Source of the DNA: Balanoglossus misakiensis
Taxonomy: Eukaryota > Animalia > Hemichordata
Length of the DNA: 64,000 bases
Direction: 5' to 3'
Assembly: GCA_040954595.2 (NCBI GenBank)
Contig: CM082590.2
Coordinates: 434,001-498,000, forward strand
The translations under genes were made by a program, and so were the position numbers. Shown here piece after piece: positions 1 to 12,281 of this stretch. The notes under the pieces are model-generated. The model was not told the DNA's origin, ran no database searches, and worked only from the letters and a program-made list of their open reading frames with translations. Numbering within the stretch: position 1 is the first letter of the stretch; every line of letters begins with the position of its first letter.

Positions 1-3000
1 GATCTGGTTTTTGTTGGACATGGACCACTATAGGTCACAATTTTCTGCCCAAATTGTGGGTGACCTCTGGGTGACCTTTGACCTACTTAACACTATATCA
101 ACACCAATAATAGATATAACCTTGATATTTTATGGGGTAAAACACAGCAATATGTTTCTACTCATTAATTATGTGCATATCTAATAATCAGATCAGATAA
201 TAGAGCTTGGGCCCGGACAATGCTGCTTGCAGCTTTAATTCTTTCTTTCTTTCTTTATTCTTGTGTCAATTCTTTGACCCACGAGATCTCAGACACCGCT
301 GCAGGTACACTTCTGAAACTTGCTACAGTGGTCAAGGTCAATGAGTAGTCGTGCATTGAACCCTTGAATTTTTAATTAGTCACATGACCTGGCGGCCATC
401 TTGGATTTTCTGAAAAAATGCAAATCAAGGATCTCAGAAACTACAAGTCAGATTGACTTCAAATTTGGCATGCTGGTAGACTACCTTCTGGCAATCATTT
501 TTGTTATTGGAAATTATACTGACAAAGTTGCAATTTTTTGCTACAATTTTTTTTCTGAAATCTGGCTTAAATTTTAAAAATCTTCTTCTCCAGAACCGGT
601 GATAACCGAGTCATGCGGTTTGGGGTATGTGGTCACCTAACTGATGTCTATCAAGTTTGCGAAGATCATTGTGATTGGTTGAAGATTATGGCGGCCATAT
701 TGGATATTCGAAAAACCATAGTAAAATTTCAAAAATCTTCTTCTCAAGAACCGGCGATAACTGAGTCACAAGATTTGGTGTGTGTGGTCATTAAACAGAT
801 GTCTATCAAGTTTGCGAAGAGGAATGTGATTGGTCGAAGATTATGGCGGCCATATTGGATTTTGTGAAAAACGATTAAAAAGTAAAAATTCCCTTTCTAG
901 CCTAAAAATTGATAGCACAGAAATTCTTTTACGGATATGAATCATCATATGCCAAGAATAAGCTATAAATATTTTGGTAATTTTGGCAATGACCTTTGAC
1001 CTACTTTTGACACATGATTTTTCTGCATATCTAATTCCAGGCTAACCAATAGGGTATAAGTTTGGTTTTTGATGTATGTGGATTTGTATGTGATCCAAAA
1101 ATTTTGCTATTTTTCATGACCCCTTTGACCTCTGGTGACCTCATTAAATATGCACATACCTAATTACAGATGAACCAATAGACCTAGAAGTTTTGTTTTT
1201 GTTATACATGGACCAGTATGGGGTCAAAATATTTTGCCCAAATGTTGGGTGACCTCGGGTGACCTTTGACCTACTTTTGCATATCTTGACATCCACAGCA
1301 GATACAGCCTTGGCGTTTGGAGGTATGGGGCCAGAATGAAAAGCCAAAGTTTTGGGTCACCTGTGACACCTGCTTAACTCATTAATTATGTGCATACCTA
1401 ATTCTAGGCTAACCAAAAGGGCTAGAGGTCTGTTTTTTGTTGGACATGGACCACTATGGGTCAAAATTTTCTGCCCAAATTTTGGATGACCTCAGATGAC
1501 CTTTGACGTACTTTTGCATATCTCGGCATCCAAAGCAGGTACAGCCTTGGCATTTGGAGGTATGGGGCCATAATGAAAAGCCAAAGTTTTGGGTCACCTG
1601 TGACACCTGCTTTACGCATTATTTATGTGCATACCTAATTCCAGGCTAACAAAAAGGGCTAGAGGTCTGGTTTTTGTTGGACATGGAACACTATGGGTCT
1701 GCCCAAATGTTGGGTGACCTCTGGGTGACCTTTGACCTACTTAACACTTTAACAGCACCAAACATACATATAACCTTGATATTTCATGGGATAAAACAGC
1801 ATTATGTTTCTACTCATTAATTATGTGCATATCTAATATCAGATCAGATAATAGAGCTTGGGCCTGGACAATGCTGCTTGCAGCTTTAATTCTTATGTCA
1901 ATTCTTTGTCGCTCTAGATCTCAGACACTGCTGCAGGTACACTTCTCAAACTTGCTACAGTGGTCAAGGTCAATGAGTAGTCGTGCATTGAACCCTTGAA
2001 TTTTTAATTAGTCACGTGACCTGGCGGCCATCTTGGATTTTCTGAAAAAATGCAAATCTCAGATCTCAGAGACTACAAGTCAGATCGACTTCAAATTTGG
2101 CGTGCAGGCAGACTACCTTCTGCCCATCATTTTTGTAATTGGAAATTATGCTGTCAATGTTGCAGTTTTTTTGCTACAGTTGTTTTTCTGAAATCTGGTC
2201 AAAATTTCAAAAATCTTCTTCTCCAGAACCGGCGATAACCGAGTCACGCGGTTTGGGGTATGTGGTCACCAATCTGAGGTCTATCAAGTTTGCGAAGATC
2301 ATTGTGATTGGTCGAAGATTATGGCGGCCATATTGGATTTTCGAAAAACCCTAGTAAAATTTCAAAAATCTTCTTCTCAAGAACCGGCGATAACTGAGTC
2401 ACAAGATTTGGTGTGTGTGGTCATTAAACAGATGTCTATCAAGTTTGCGAAGAGGAATGTGATTGGTCGAAGATTATGGCGGCCATATTGGATTTTGTGA
2501 AAAACGATTAAAAAGTAAAAATTCCCTTTCTAGCCTAAAAATTGATAGCACAGAAATTCTTTTTATGGATATGAATCATCATATGCCAAGAATAAGCTAT
2601 AAATATTTTGGTAATTTTGGCAATGACCTTTGACCTACTTTTGACGCATCATTTTTCTGCATATCTAATTCCAGGCTAACCAATAGGGCTAGAGGTCTGG
2701 TTTTAGTTGGACATGGCCCACTCTGGGGTCAAAATTTTATGCCCAAATTTTGGGTGACCTTGGATGACCTTTGATCTACTTTCCCATGGCAATGACCCTT
2801 GACCTATTTCTGAAACATCATTTTTCTGCATATCTAATTCCAGGCTAACCAATAGGGCTAGAGGTCTGGTTTTAGTTGGACATGGCCCACTCTGGGGTCA
2901 AAATTTTATGCCCAAATTTTGGGTGACCTTGGATGACCTTTGATCTACTTTCCCATGGCAATGACCCTTGACCTATTTCTGAAACATCATTTTTCTGCAT

Positions 3001-4860
3001 ATCTAATTCCAGGCTAACCAATAGGGCTAGAGGTCTGGTTTTAGTTGGACATGGCCCACTCTGGGGTCAAAATTTTATGCCCAAATTTTGGGTGACCTTG
3101 GATGACCTTTGATCTACTTTCCCATATCTCAGCATCCACAGCAGTTAGAGTCCTGGCTTTTGGGGGGCCGATGGAGCCCATATGGAGTCTTACACAAGAC
3201 CTCATTAATTATGTGCCAGGGCTCGAAATTCGTTTTTTTTCTTGGTAGCCTCAGTGGGCTACCATTTTCTAAAGTTGGTAGCCCAAGAGCAATAGCTGGT
3301 AGTCCACATAATACAATGATAAATCAATGTACATTGTATACTGCTACATGTACGGTAGTAGGTCTATATCTGTTTGAGAACGTTGGTAAATTTTTAATAT
3401 ATACATACTGCTATGGTGAACAATTATATTGTTGATTGACACGTGTCAAAATGCACACGAGTCCGTGGCCGGTTGAACCCAGTGTTTTCTCCAGGATGTT
3501 GAGAGAAGGGGGAATATCCCCCCTTAGTCCAAAATTAAGGGGGATTTGGTCGAAGTAAATGTCACGAATGACAATTTTGAACGTTAACTTACTAACTGCC
3601 TTCATTCCATATTAAAAACAGTATTAGTAAATTACAACATTTCACATGTGAACTTGACAACAAATTAACAGTTACAGTTTTTTCTTCTTTAAATTAGTAG
3701 GTTTTGCAGAGGAAGACACCAACTTGCATAACTTTCAGGGCATGTAATTTAAAAAAGCCTGGAGAGCTGAAAATAACTCTCCTGAAATTAATTACACAAG
3801 TGGTAGGAGAGTGACTAACTGCTCCCCTGGCAAGGAGAGTGAAATGAATAAAATAAATGCAACTGCAAAAACAATAGTGTCTTTCTTTAATACTATACCT
3901 GGTAAAAAAGTTCTTGTTTGATTTTAAAAGTTTCAGTTTTTTTAGCTGCCAAAATAATAGATTGTGAAACCATTATTATAGTGAAATAAATTGAAGTAGT
4001 ATATATTCCTTCAGATTTCTGCCAACACTTCCCATCTGTGGCTAAGCACACTACTCAAATAAACAGTCTCTGTACATATTGAATGACTTTCCTTCCTAAG
4101 TAAGAAAACAAGGTCATGGAAAACTGAGATGAACGCAGTTCTTTTAATTTGCATAAAATTGTTACGTTCAGCCATCACTTGAGTGAGTGTTTGCTCTAAA
4201 TTTAGACAGTGTCCAGATAGGCTGTTCCAACAATTGCACACTATAGCCCTGGAGCTAAATTACACGTGAATGAATGTGAAAGTCATTTACAACATAGTTT
4301 TGGGGGGTGGGAAGTTAAAATGTATAGGCCAGCACGCAGTAATATCGGCCGTTTTCCCAGTGTTTTGACTGACGGTGCATGCTACGGAGGCTTGACGCAC
4401 ATGTACTGGCCGGGTGGGCTGCTCACGAAGGGGCGATGATTCAAGTGTAAAAGAGGGGGAATCGCGCGTCCTGGAGAAAACACTGCAGTGGTTGAATCAT
4501 TATAAACTGTAACAAGTCCAAGATACGTTGCACGCATGGTAGCCCAATTGGGCTACCACTGGTGTCAAATTGGTAGCCCGATCGCAAACATTGGTAGTCT
4601 GTGGACGCGGGGCTACCGCGAATTTCGAGCCCTGTGTGCATACCTAATTGCAGGCGAACCAATAGGGCTAGGGGTCTGGTTTTTTGTTGGATCTAGACTA
4701 GTATGGGGTCCAATATTTTTGCCCAAATTTGGGGTGACCTCAGGTGAACTTTGACCTACTTTACCATATCTTGGTATCCCCAGCAGATACAGCCGTGGCA
4801 TTTGCTGGTCACCATGGGAACCGCTTGTGCCCCGCCAACGCTGCTTGCAGCTTTAATTTT
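1..4860 (+). mobile_element. Head-to-tail array of Helentron-type non-autonomous elements (end of copy 1 at 240; copy 2 at 241-1890; copy 3 at 1891-4860)
   Basis: Each copy ends in a GCTTGGGCCC-like subTIR, then the GCTGCTTGCAGC hairpin, then TTTAATT (about 204-240, 1856-1890, 4823-4860). Copies 2 and 3 are colinear. Internal 169-bp tandem repeats at 2659-3125. Confidence 0.65.
3217..4634. mobile_element. Non-autonomous DNA transposon, CAGGG TIRs, 5-bp TSD (hAT5-like)
   Basis: TIR CAGGGCTCGAAATTCG/CGAATTTCGAGCCCTG; TSD TGTGC on both sides; the empty site ATTAATTATGTGCATACCTAATT is present at 1381. Confidence 0.85.
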
Positions 4861-6243
4861 TAGAACTGTTGGTGACTTGTTTTCAAAGGCTGGCCAGCTG
4901 GCTGTGCATGGTGGAGGGAAATGTTATGATTGATCAGCCGACAACAGAGCTCTATCACTGCGGTAACACTCCAGTTGTCAAACAACTTTTTTTTATTGTG
5001 CGGGTTTTGTTTCACAGGGGAGGGGAGGGGTTGACAACTCTTTATATTGTGCGTGTTTTGTTTTACTATTGAATTCTTCAAGTTGATTTGAAAAACATAC
5101 ATGCAAATCTTACTTGGGGTACCCCTAGGAACATGCCCACCAAATTTCAAAGCAATCTTACAAGCGGTTTTACAGAAAACAAATTTGATCAAAAAGGCAA
5201 AAATTGCTCCAAAATTATAAATATGCACATTTTGCAGCAATTTAAACAAAACTTTGTAACTCAGATCACCTATATGAAGCTCCATACTAAATTTCAAAGA
5301 AGTCGGCTGATCAATTCCAGAAAAGTAGACTTTTTCCCAAAAATGTGGAAAAAAGACAAAAAAATCCATAAAAAATAGAAAATTCACACTATTAGCTCAA
5401 AACATACAGAACTGTGTGAGGTTAATATAAGGTACATGCTTACCAATTTTCAAATCAATCTGACCAGTGGTTGCGGAGTTTCTGAGTTTTGATCAAATTT
5501 AGGTTTTTCCCAGCTTATTTGCACATCTTTGGCAATGACAACTTCAGTTGAACAAACTACCATCTACAGCCCGTAATGCATCTGCACACCAAATATTGAC
5601 TCAGAGGTTATACGTGAAGCAGTTTTCAAATTTTTGATGTGGACGGACATACAACCAATCCCATAAGGTCGCACTGGTACATATACAAATATACAAATGG
5701 GACCTAATAATACTAATATTGATTTCTTATATAGCACATACATAGTTCATCTCCCATGTGCTTCACAGTTTTTCACCTGGTCATTGGGCCTAGTTTTTCC
5801 ATTTAACTCCCTGGGGAGCAAACAACAGCTCACATGTGCAGCCATAAGTGCAGCAGAGCTAAACATACACATTGCAATCTCTGCCCTACCAGGTACCTAT
5901 TACTCCTGGGTGGGGAGCCCTGGTCATTGGACCCAGGTCATTGGACCTAAATATTCCATTCAACTCCTTGGGGACAAACGGCAGCTCACATGTGCAGTCA
6001 TAAGCTCAGCAGAGCTAAACAGGTAGAGTTGACTTTTCAGAGCCCTCTGACTCAGAGCCCCTCAGAGCCCTCTGAAGTTTCAGAACCTCAGAACCCGGAC
6101 CTCAGAATTCTTTTTGACTTCAGATATAACCCCAAAATTTACCTGTATAATTAAATATAATGATTCCAAACAGGTGTAATGTTGCCAAAATGACTTCTGC
6201 AGAAAATACGACGTACTTCATTGTATGGCAAGTGCGAGATCGT

Positions 6244-6635
6244 CAGAGGTCGCGGTAACATTTTTTTGAGTGCGTTTTTTTGACGCATTCATAAAAAAAA
6301 ATGCGTCAAACTCCTTTCAGCCTGCGTCCTAGACATGTCTAGTTCAATATTCATTAAACAAAATTAGCTACATTTTGAGTACAAAGGGTTGGGCGCACTA
6401 GTGGTTGTTACATTTTGAGTACAAAGTTTGCGCGCACAAGTGATTATTTTGATCCCAGGGGGATAGTCAGCGGTATGCGGTATCACGGGTATGGTTTCCG
6501 TTGACCATTATGCTAATACTAGTAATAGAGCGACCATTCCTATGCGTCAATATTGACGCACTGATTAAGATATCTGCGTCAAGTGAGGATTTTTTGCGTC
6601 AAATACGCATACTTTTTGCGTAAACACGACCTCTG
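6244..6635. mobile_element. MITE, 5-bp TSD
   Basis: TIR CAGAGGTCG/CGACCTCTG; TSD ATCGT. Confidence 0.75.
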
Positions 6636-6699
6636 ATCGTGACTGCCTATTACCTGCCATATTTGTTTTCGAAGTTAATGTCGATTTCAGATTCAGATT

Positions 6700-6911
6700 A
6701 AGCCACGGATTCCGATTCACCAGTAACGCGAGCTAAACACAGACATTCCAATCTCTGTTCTACCGGGTACCCATTACGCCTGGGTGGGGAGAAGCAATGA
6801 GAAGTAAAGTGCCTGGCCAAACGACACAACACCACAGCCATGCTGGGGCTCGAACCCATGATCCTTCGATCATGAGTCCGACGCTCTAATCACATGAGAC
6901 TATGATGCCTC
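6700..6911 (-). mobile_element. tRNA-derived SINE with CORE-like central domain
   Basis: Minus strand has a tRNA-like head with B box GGGTTCGAGCCCC, followed by GTGTCGTTTGGCCAGGCACTTTAC...CCACCCAGGCGTAATGGGTACC. The 3' boundary is approximate. Confidence 0.65.
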
Positions 6912-6940
6912 TAAAAGAAGAGAGAAAGAATTCAACTTAC

Positions 6941-7117
6941 CATAAGTGCAGTAATCAATTCATTGTCATGTGTGCTTTTTTCAACCAAAGTTGACATTTG
7001 TTGTTTCAAACTCTTCACTTCATTTGTAAGTACTTTGTTTCGGGCTTTGGATGCATCAAACTTTTCCTTCAGTTTACTGTAGTCTTCTTCCAGTGCCTTC
7101 AATTCATTGGCAGCTTT
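6941..7117 (-). CDS. CCDC13: CCDC13-like coding exon 8 (KAANELKALEEDYSKLKEKFDASKARNKVLTNEVKSLKQQMSTLVEKSTHDNELITALM); gene continues beyond window start
   Basis: TAG/GTAAGT, 177 nt, phase 0/0. Contains ARNKVL and HDxELIxAL motifs. Not in the ORF track. Confidence 0.88.
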
Positions 7118-7726
7118 CTAAAATAAGAAGCATTTAGCTAATTAGACTTAGTCTGATGTTCAGCTACACAGTTTCCAATATGCATGAACTGGCACTACAG
7201 CTTATCCTGTGTCAATCTGATTAAAATCAGACGTAGGGATTGGCGACGTGTTTTTTTTATGCTGTCGCCTCACACTACTGTGTTTTTTTATGCATGAAAA
7301 AACACGTCCCCGTTCCCTACATCTGATTTTAATCAGATTGATCCTGTGTTTATGGCCATCTCTATATAGTAGGCCACATTGTCACATAGACAGTCCCTAT
7401 AAAGGCCACCTCTCTAGTATAGAGGCCAGTTTAGGAAAATAGGCCACTAATGACAGATTCGACTGTATTTCCAAATAGAAGGTGAACAACTGCAGAGGTC
7501 ACGGTTACACATAAATCCTGCATGTTTGACGCAAATTTATCATTCAGGACACATGGTTTATTTGATTTATGACCATGGCGATGCAGAACAGAGTGCACCC
7601 AAAAAAAATCTGGCCAGCCTTGAAGTGTTGAGTACTGGCTTGCAGATGGTAGGAGGTTCTAAAAATAAACTTCCACAGCAACATGTACACTCAGCACATG
7701 TACTCAGAGTTGGCAAAACCTGTTTA

Positions 7727-8770
7727 CAGTCGAACGCCGATTATCCGGACACCGATTATCCCGATTTCGGATTATCTGAACGCTTTGGTATGGTCCCTGA
7801 ACATTTAATTAGCCAGGCCAATCTCCTGTTTTCTTGGTGGTCTGTGACATTTCCGCAGGAAAATTTCTACATTTAGACGGTCAGTTCTAATTTATACGTG
7901 TATCGTACAATTTGACACGAGGATTTCACACTCAAGTGTAAACACGTGAAAAATCACTCATTTCGTCGGCACGGCTTTGGTCAATTTTTGCCACTGTGAA
8001 GAAGGTTTATCGGCGAAATAATACAAATGAAAGCAATGGGTTGGAAGAGATCGCCTGTCTTAGACCCGTGCGAGCTGACGGTGGAGATTGTCCGAGGTGT
8101 CAACGTGAAAGACATGTAGCATTTCAAACGCATGGACAGCCGCGATACAGTGAAGGCGTGTCGGGTCGCGGCCGGTGACCATGGCAGCACCAATATTGTC
8201 ACTTGCAGAAGTGACCTCGTGCAAAGAGCTTGTTTTGCGCGGTTTGAATGCCACTGACATCGAAGATTTGGAGACTAGCGAGAACTATGGCAGCTTCGAA
8301 ATGATAACGTAAGATGAAATCACCGACTTAGTTTCTCAGAAATAAACTCATGGCATGAAAAATGAGGACGATAAAGAGAAAGAGACTCCAGCTCTAGCGA
8401 AATCTACCGTGGCCATGGAAGGCCTGTACACACGTTCATGGTTTGGTACGATGACCATAACGCATACGGTGTTGAACGGATCAGAGTATTGCAGCTTTGA
8501 GTTCGTCTTTTTTTTTTAACCTTCGAACTCTTAATACATGTATTTTTCATATAAAAGAAGACAAATTGTGTTTTGTTATTTTATTAACTTCTTTTTGTGA
8601 GTGCACGGAAAATGCATGTGCATTGACGGGAAACATTGTAACATACGCACGCCCCAATGGTGTGGTCAATTTCCTTTGTTCAGATGTGCCAATATCAATT
8701 ATCCGAACAATCGATTATCTTAACAAAATCTAACCCGCCCAAACAAGTTCGGATAATCGGCGTTCGACAG
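7727..8770 (+). mobile_element. Tc1/pogo-type non-autonomous element
   Basis: TIR CAGTCGAACGCCGATTATCCG; TA TSD; second copy in inverted orientation at 41330-42483. Confidence 0.85.
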
Positions 8771-8928
8771 TATTGACTTAATATTCCAATTCTATGTATT
8801 GTGTTCTCGAAGGTTCCCATTATGAGACAAGGGCAAGGCCAACAATCATAAAAAGTAGGCACATTAGGTAAGGGCATACTCAAAAAGGTTGATGTTGCAG
8901 GAAAAAAAGAAAGAAAGCGTGACCACTG

Positions 8929-8959
<31 letters not shown>

Positions 8960-9078
8960 TGTATGTATGTATGTATGTATGTATGTATTGTGTATGAATG
9001 TATGTATGTATTATGTATGTATGTATGTATGTATGTATGTATGTATGTATGTATGTATGTATGTATGTATGTATGTAT
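8929..9078. repeat. (TATG)n microsatellite; further tracts at 9820-9955, 11524-11812 and 12213-12281
   Basis: Read directly from the sequence. Confidence 0.97.
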
Positions 9079-9819
9079 ACATATACAGCTGTATGAACAA
9101 CACAAAGCAGATCATCAACAACCACAACAAACGCATCTTGAAACCGCACGACAACAACACAGACGAGACCGACAACACCAAGACTTGCAACTGCCGACAA
9201 AAGGACAAATGCCCGCTCGACGGCAACTGCCTCCAAAACTCTGTCATCTACCAGGCCACAGTTACGCACACAGACAACAACACCTCGGATACATATGTCG
9301 GACTAACCGAGAACGACATCAAAACGAGATACAGAAACCACACTTCATCTTTCCGACTCGCACGCTCCAGGAACTCCACCGAACTCAGCAAACATATTTG
9401 GACTCTGAAGGACAATGACATCGCCCACACTATTTCATGGAAAATTTTAGCCAAAGCCAAGCCATACAACAGCGCAACCAAACGGTACAACCTCTGCTTA
9501 ACAAAGAAATTTATTATCATTCGCAACCCAGAAATTTCCACACTCAATAAAAGAAACGAACTTGTGTCCTCTTGTCGACACAGACACAAAGCATTGTTAC
9601 GCAACAATTAAATCTAGAAACTCCCCACACAACAGCTACACACATTGTTATGCAAAACGACCCACCCCAACTTACATTCCACCACCTGTGTACCTGCATA
9701 AAAACGCGCCTTCCCCCTTGCATTTTCGCCAGTTTAGTCTCCTGATGAGTGAGTCTAGTGACTCACTCATCAGCGTTGTAGAGATTTTACCGCCTCCCGT
9801 TTCTCCTACTACCCTTCTT
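9079..9819 (+). mobile_element. 5'-truncated Penelope-like retroelement: GIY-YIG endonuclease end (stop at 9611) plus pLTR
   Basis: CNCRQKDKCPLDGNC, VIYQATV...YVGLTE, KTRYRNH, TELSKHIW, LNKRNELVSSCRH; hammerhead remnant downstream; (TATG)n on both sides. Confidence 0.88.
9736..9786 (+). ncRNA. Type I hammerhead ribozyme remnant (core GAAA replaced by TCAT)
   Basis: Stem I AGTCTC/GAGATT; CTGATGA; stem II GTGAGTC-TAGT-GACTCAC; [TCAT]; palindromic stem III CAGCGTTG; TA at the cleavage site. Confidence 0.75.
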
Positions 9820-9955
9820 TATGTATGTATGTATGTATGTATGTGTGTATGTGTGCGCGCGCGAGTGCGCGCGCGAGTGCGTGCATGCATACATGCATAT
9901 GGGTATGTATGTATGTATTTATGTATGCATGTATGTATGTATGTATGTATGTATG

Positions 9956-11523
9956 CAGGCCTCGAAAATTTTTTTCATAACCCACTTGCCATCGGGCAAG
10001 CAAATTTTCAATTTCACTTGCCCCCCAAGAAAAGTGACTTGCCCCAACCTTGCCACTGTTCCTCCCATTTCGGAAGGTAGTTTCTTTGGCGTTTGTCTGC
10101 ATCGTAACGCTGATGCTTTGACCGTGCGTCACTTTCAGAAGCGCCCTCAGATTCAGAGAGGTCACGTCGTTTCTTTGAGTCAGTTGACCCAGATGCGTTC
10201 GATGAAAAATAACGCAAGAGACTCATGGCTGTTTTTCAAATCTCTGCCACCGTCGGCTTACGAGAGTCGTAACTGAATTTATTTTGAACCATTCTAATTT
10301 GAATTTGACTAGTTAGATCGACCATTTCATTGGTTTTTCCAATAAAAATAGCAACTGCATCTAGCAATACGATTACGCGTAATTTGACAATGCAACAAAA
10401 TCTGACAGTCGCCCATCACAATATTGCTACACTGTATCATGACTTTATTGAAAAGAACTTTGAAAAAAAATCAGTGGGCTCGTGTTTTGCATTCAAGCCG
10501 ATTGCCAGCTGTGATAGCGGTAAACTCAAAGAAAGTTGACATTTCTGATAGCTGGGCATTAGCCACAACATGACCACGGTCTCCCTATCGCCGTCAGGGT
10601 TCATACACCTAGAGCAATTCAAAATTCCAGTAATTTTCCAGGAGTTTTTGTGGTAAAAATGCCATTTTCCAGGATGTTTTACCCAACAAAATTGTACAAC
10701 TTTACTATTACTGTTACACTCACATGCACTTGTTATTCTAGTTTAACAAATCATTTAAAGGCTTTTGACTGTGATAGTACACATTTCAATGGCCTCCCCA
10801 TGAAGACCTAAGTAAAACAAATTTTCCCAAATCATTTAGCATATTTGGCTAAAATTTAAGTGATCTCCGCCCCCCCCCCCCCCCTCGGCCGTAAAAACTG
10901 AACAGTCTCTAAAGCAATGATTTCTGTCCTGATAAAATCGACAAATTAATGATGGAAATTACTGTTTTGCTGCTGAAAAAAACACACAAAAACCGCCTGA
11001 CTTTTTTGCTTCTTTTTGACATCACTAATTGCCCTTGAACATCGATCTCAGGGTGTCTGCCGCGGCCGTCTGTACAAGTATTCTGCAGACGCGCGGACAC
11101 ATGGCATGACCTCTAACAAAAGTTGCTACATCTTTTGTCAAGTTTTAGATATTTTGTTGCGACCGGAACGCTGAGCTGCGTTAGTTGTTGCAATTTGTGC
11201 GTTACTATGTCAATGATACTATTTATAGGACGTCTGTCTAAAGATAACTGGTACGCTGAGTGAAATGGGCAACGCGTACTGTTTCACGATCCGGTGAAAT
11301 GCGATCGTGACTCGCGGTTTTCCAGGAGTTTCAAGGAGAAATTTTGAATTTCCAGGAGATTTCAGGAGTTTCCAGGAGGGGTTTCAAATTCCAGGAGTTT
11401 CCAGGAGCGTACGAACCCTGGCCGTGACACTTGCCCGTCGGGCGGCAGGAATTTTGATTTTACTTGCCCGGACGTAAATTTCACTTGCCACGGGCGTCGG
11501 GCGGCGGGAATTTTCGAGCCCTG
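9956..11523. mobile_element. Non-autonomous DNA transposon, 5-bp TSD (hAT5-like), inserted in (TATG)n
   Basis: TIR CAGGCCTCGAAAATT/AATTTTCGAGCCCTG; TSD GTATG. Confidence 0.8.
10595..11420. mobile_element. Nested DNA transposon, 5-bp TSD
   Basis: TIR CAGGGTTCATAC/GTACGAACCCTG; TSD GCCGT; subterminal TTCCAGGA repeats. Confidence 0.8.
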
Positions 11524-11810
11524 GTATGCATGCATGCATGCATTATATATATATATATATATGACAGTATGCATGCATGCATGCATGCATGCATGCATGC
11601 ATATATGCATACATACATACGTACGTATGTATGTATGTATTTATGTATGCATGCATGTAATGTATGTATGTATGTATGTATGTATGTATGTATGTATGTA
11701 TGTATGTATGTATGTATGTATATGTATGTATGCATGTATGTATGTATGTATGTATGTATGTATGTATGTATGTATGTATGTATGTATGTATGTATGTATG
11801 TATGTATGTA

Positions 11811-12162
11811 TGTGTGACCCGGATTTTTGTGATTTTCTGATAATTATATATATACAAAGATAATGCTTAGTTTCTGATAATTCATTGACGGTGGTGTTCA
11901 CCAAATGACTGTCCAGTATTTGCATAATACTTTACATATTTGCATAATGTGAACCTTGACCAGGTGTACGGCGCCCTCATGAAGCAAAGAGGTACAACCG
12001 TCCTCTTTGCTGACTTGGCTGCTACGAATAGCCAAGCGTAGATGGAGCCGCTGACCAAAGTAATAAACGTGATTAACATACTCTAATGTGTGTCGGGTCA
12101 GTGTATAGGTCCATGTATAGCTGTGTCCCCTTGGCGAATGGGTTTGAAACCAAAATTACACA
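11811..12162 (+). mobile_element. Possible solo LTR
   Basis: TGTGTGA...TTACACA ends and AATAAA at 12062; no clean TSD (ATGTA vs ACGCA). Confidence 0.35.
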
Positions 12163-12281
12163 ACGCAATACCCAATGACAACAATATTACCAAACCTAGA
12201 AAGGGGGGTCTTTGTATGTATGTATGTATGTATGTATGTATGTATGTATGTATGTATGTATGTATGTATGTATGTATGTAT

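Noticed and set aside
613-6026. Short ORFs in the first 6 kb (and similar ORFs at 38-41 kb and 48-50 kb)
   Set aside because: They lie in non-autonomous repeats and show no protein motifs or consistent splice signals.
6840-6911. tRNA gene
   Set aside because: Degenerate cloverleaf continuing into a SINE body, so it is a SINE head.
9079-9819. Selenoprotein-type (Naiad) Penelope with SECIS
   Set aside because: No in-frame TGA in the retained ORF and no convincing SECIS; the hairpin is better explained as a hammerhead remnant.
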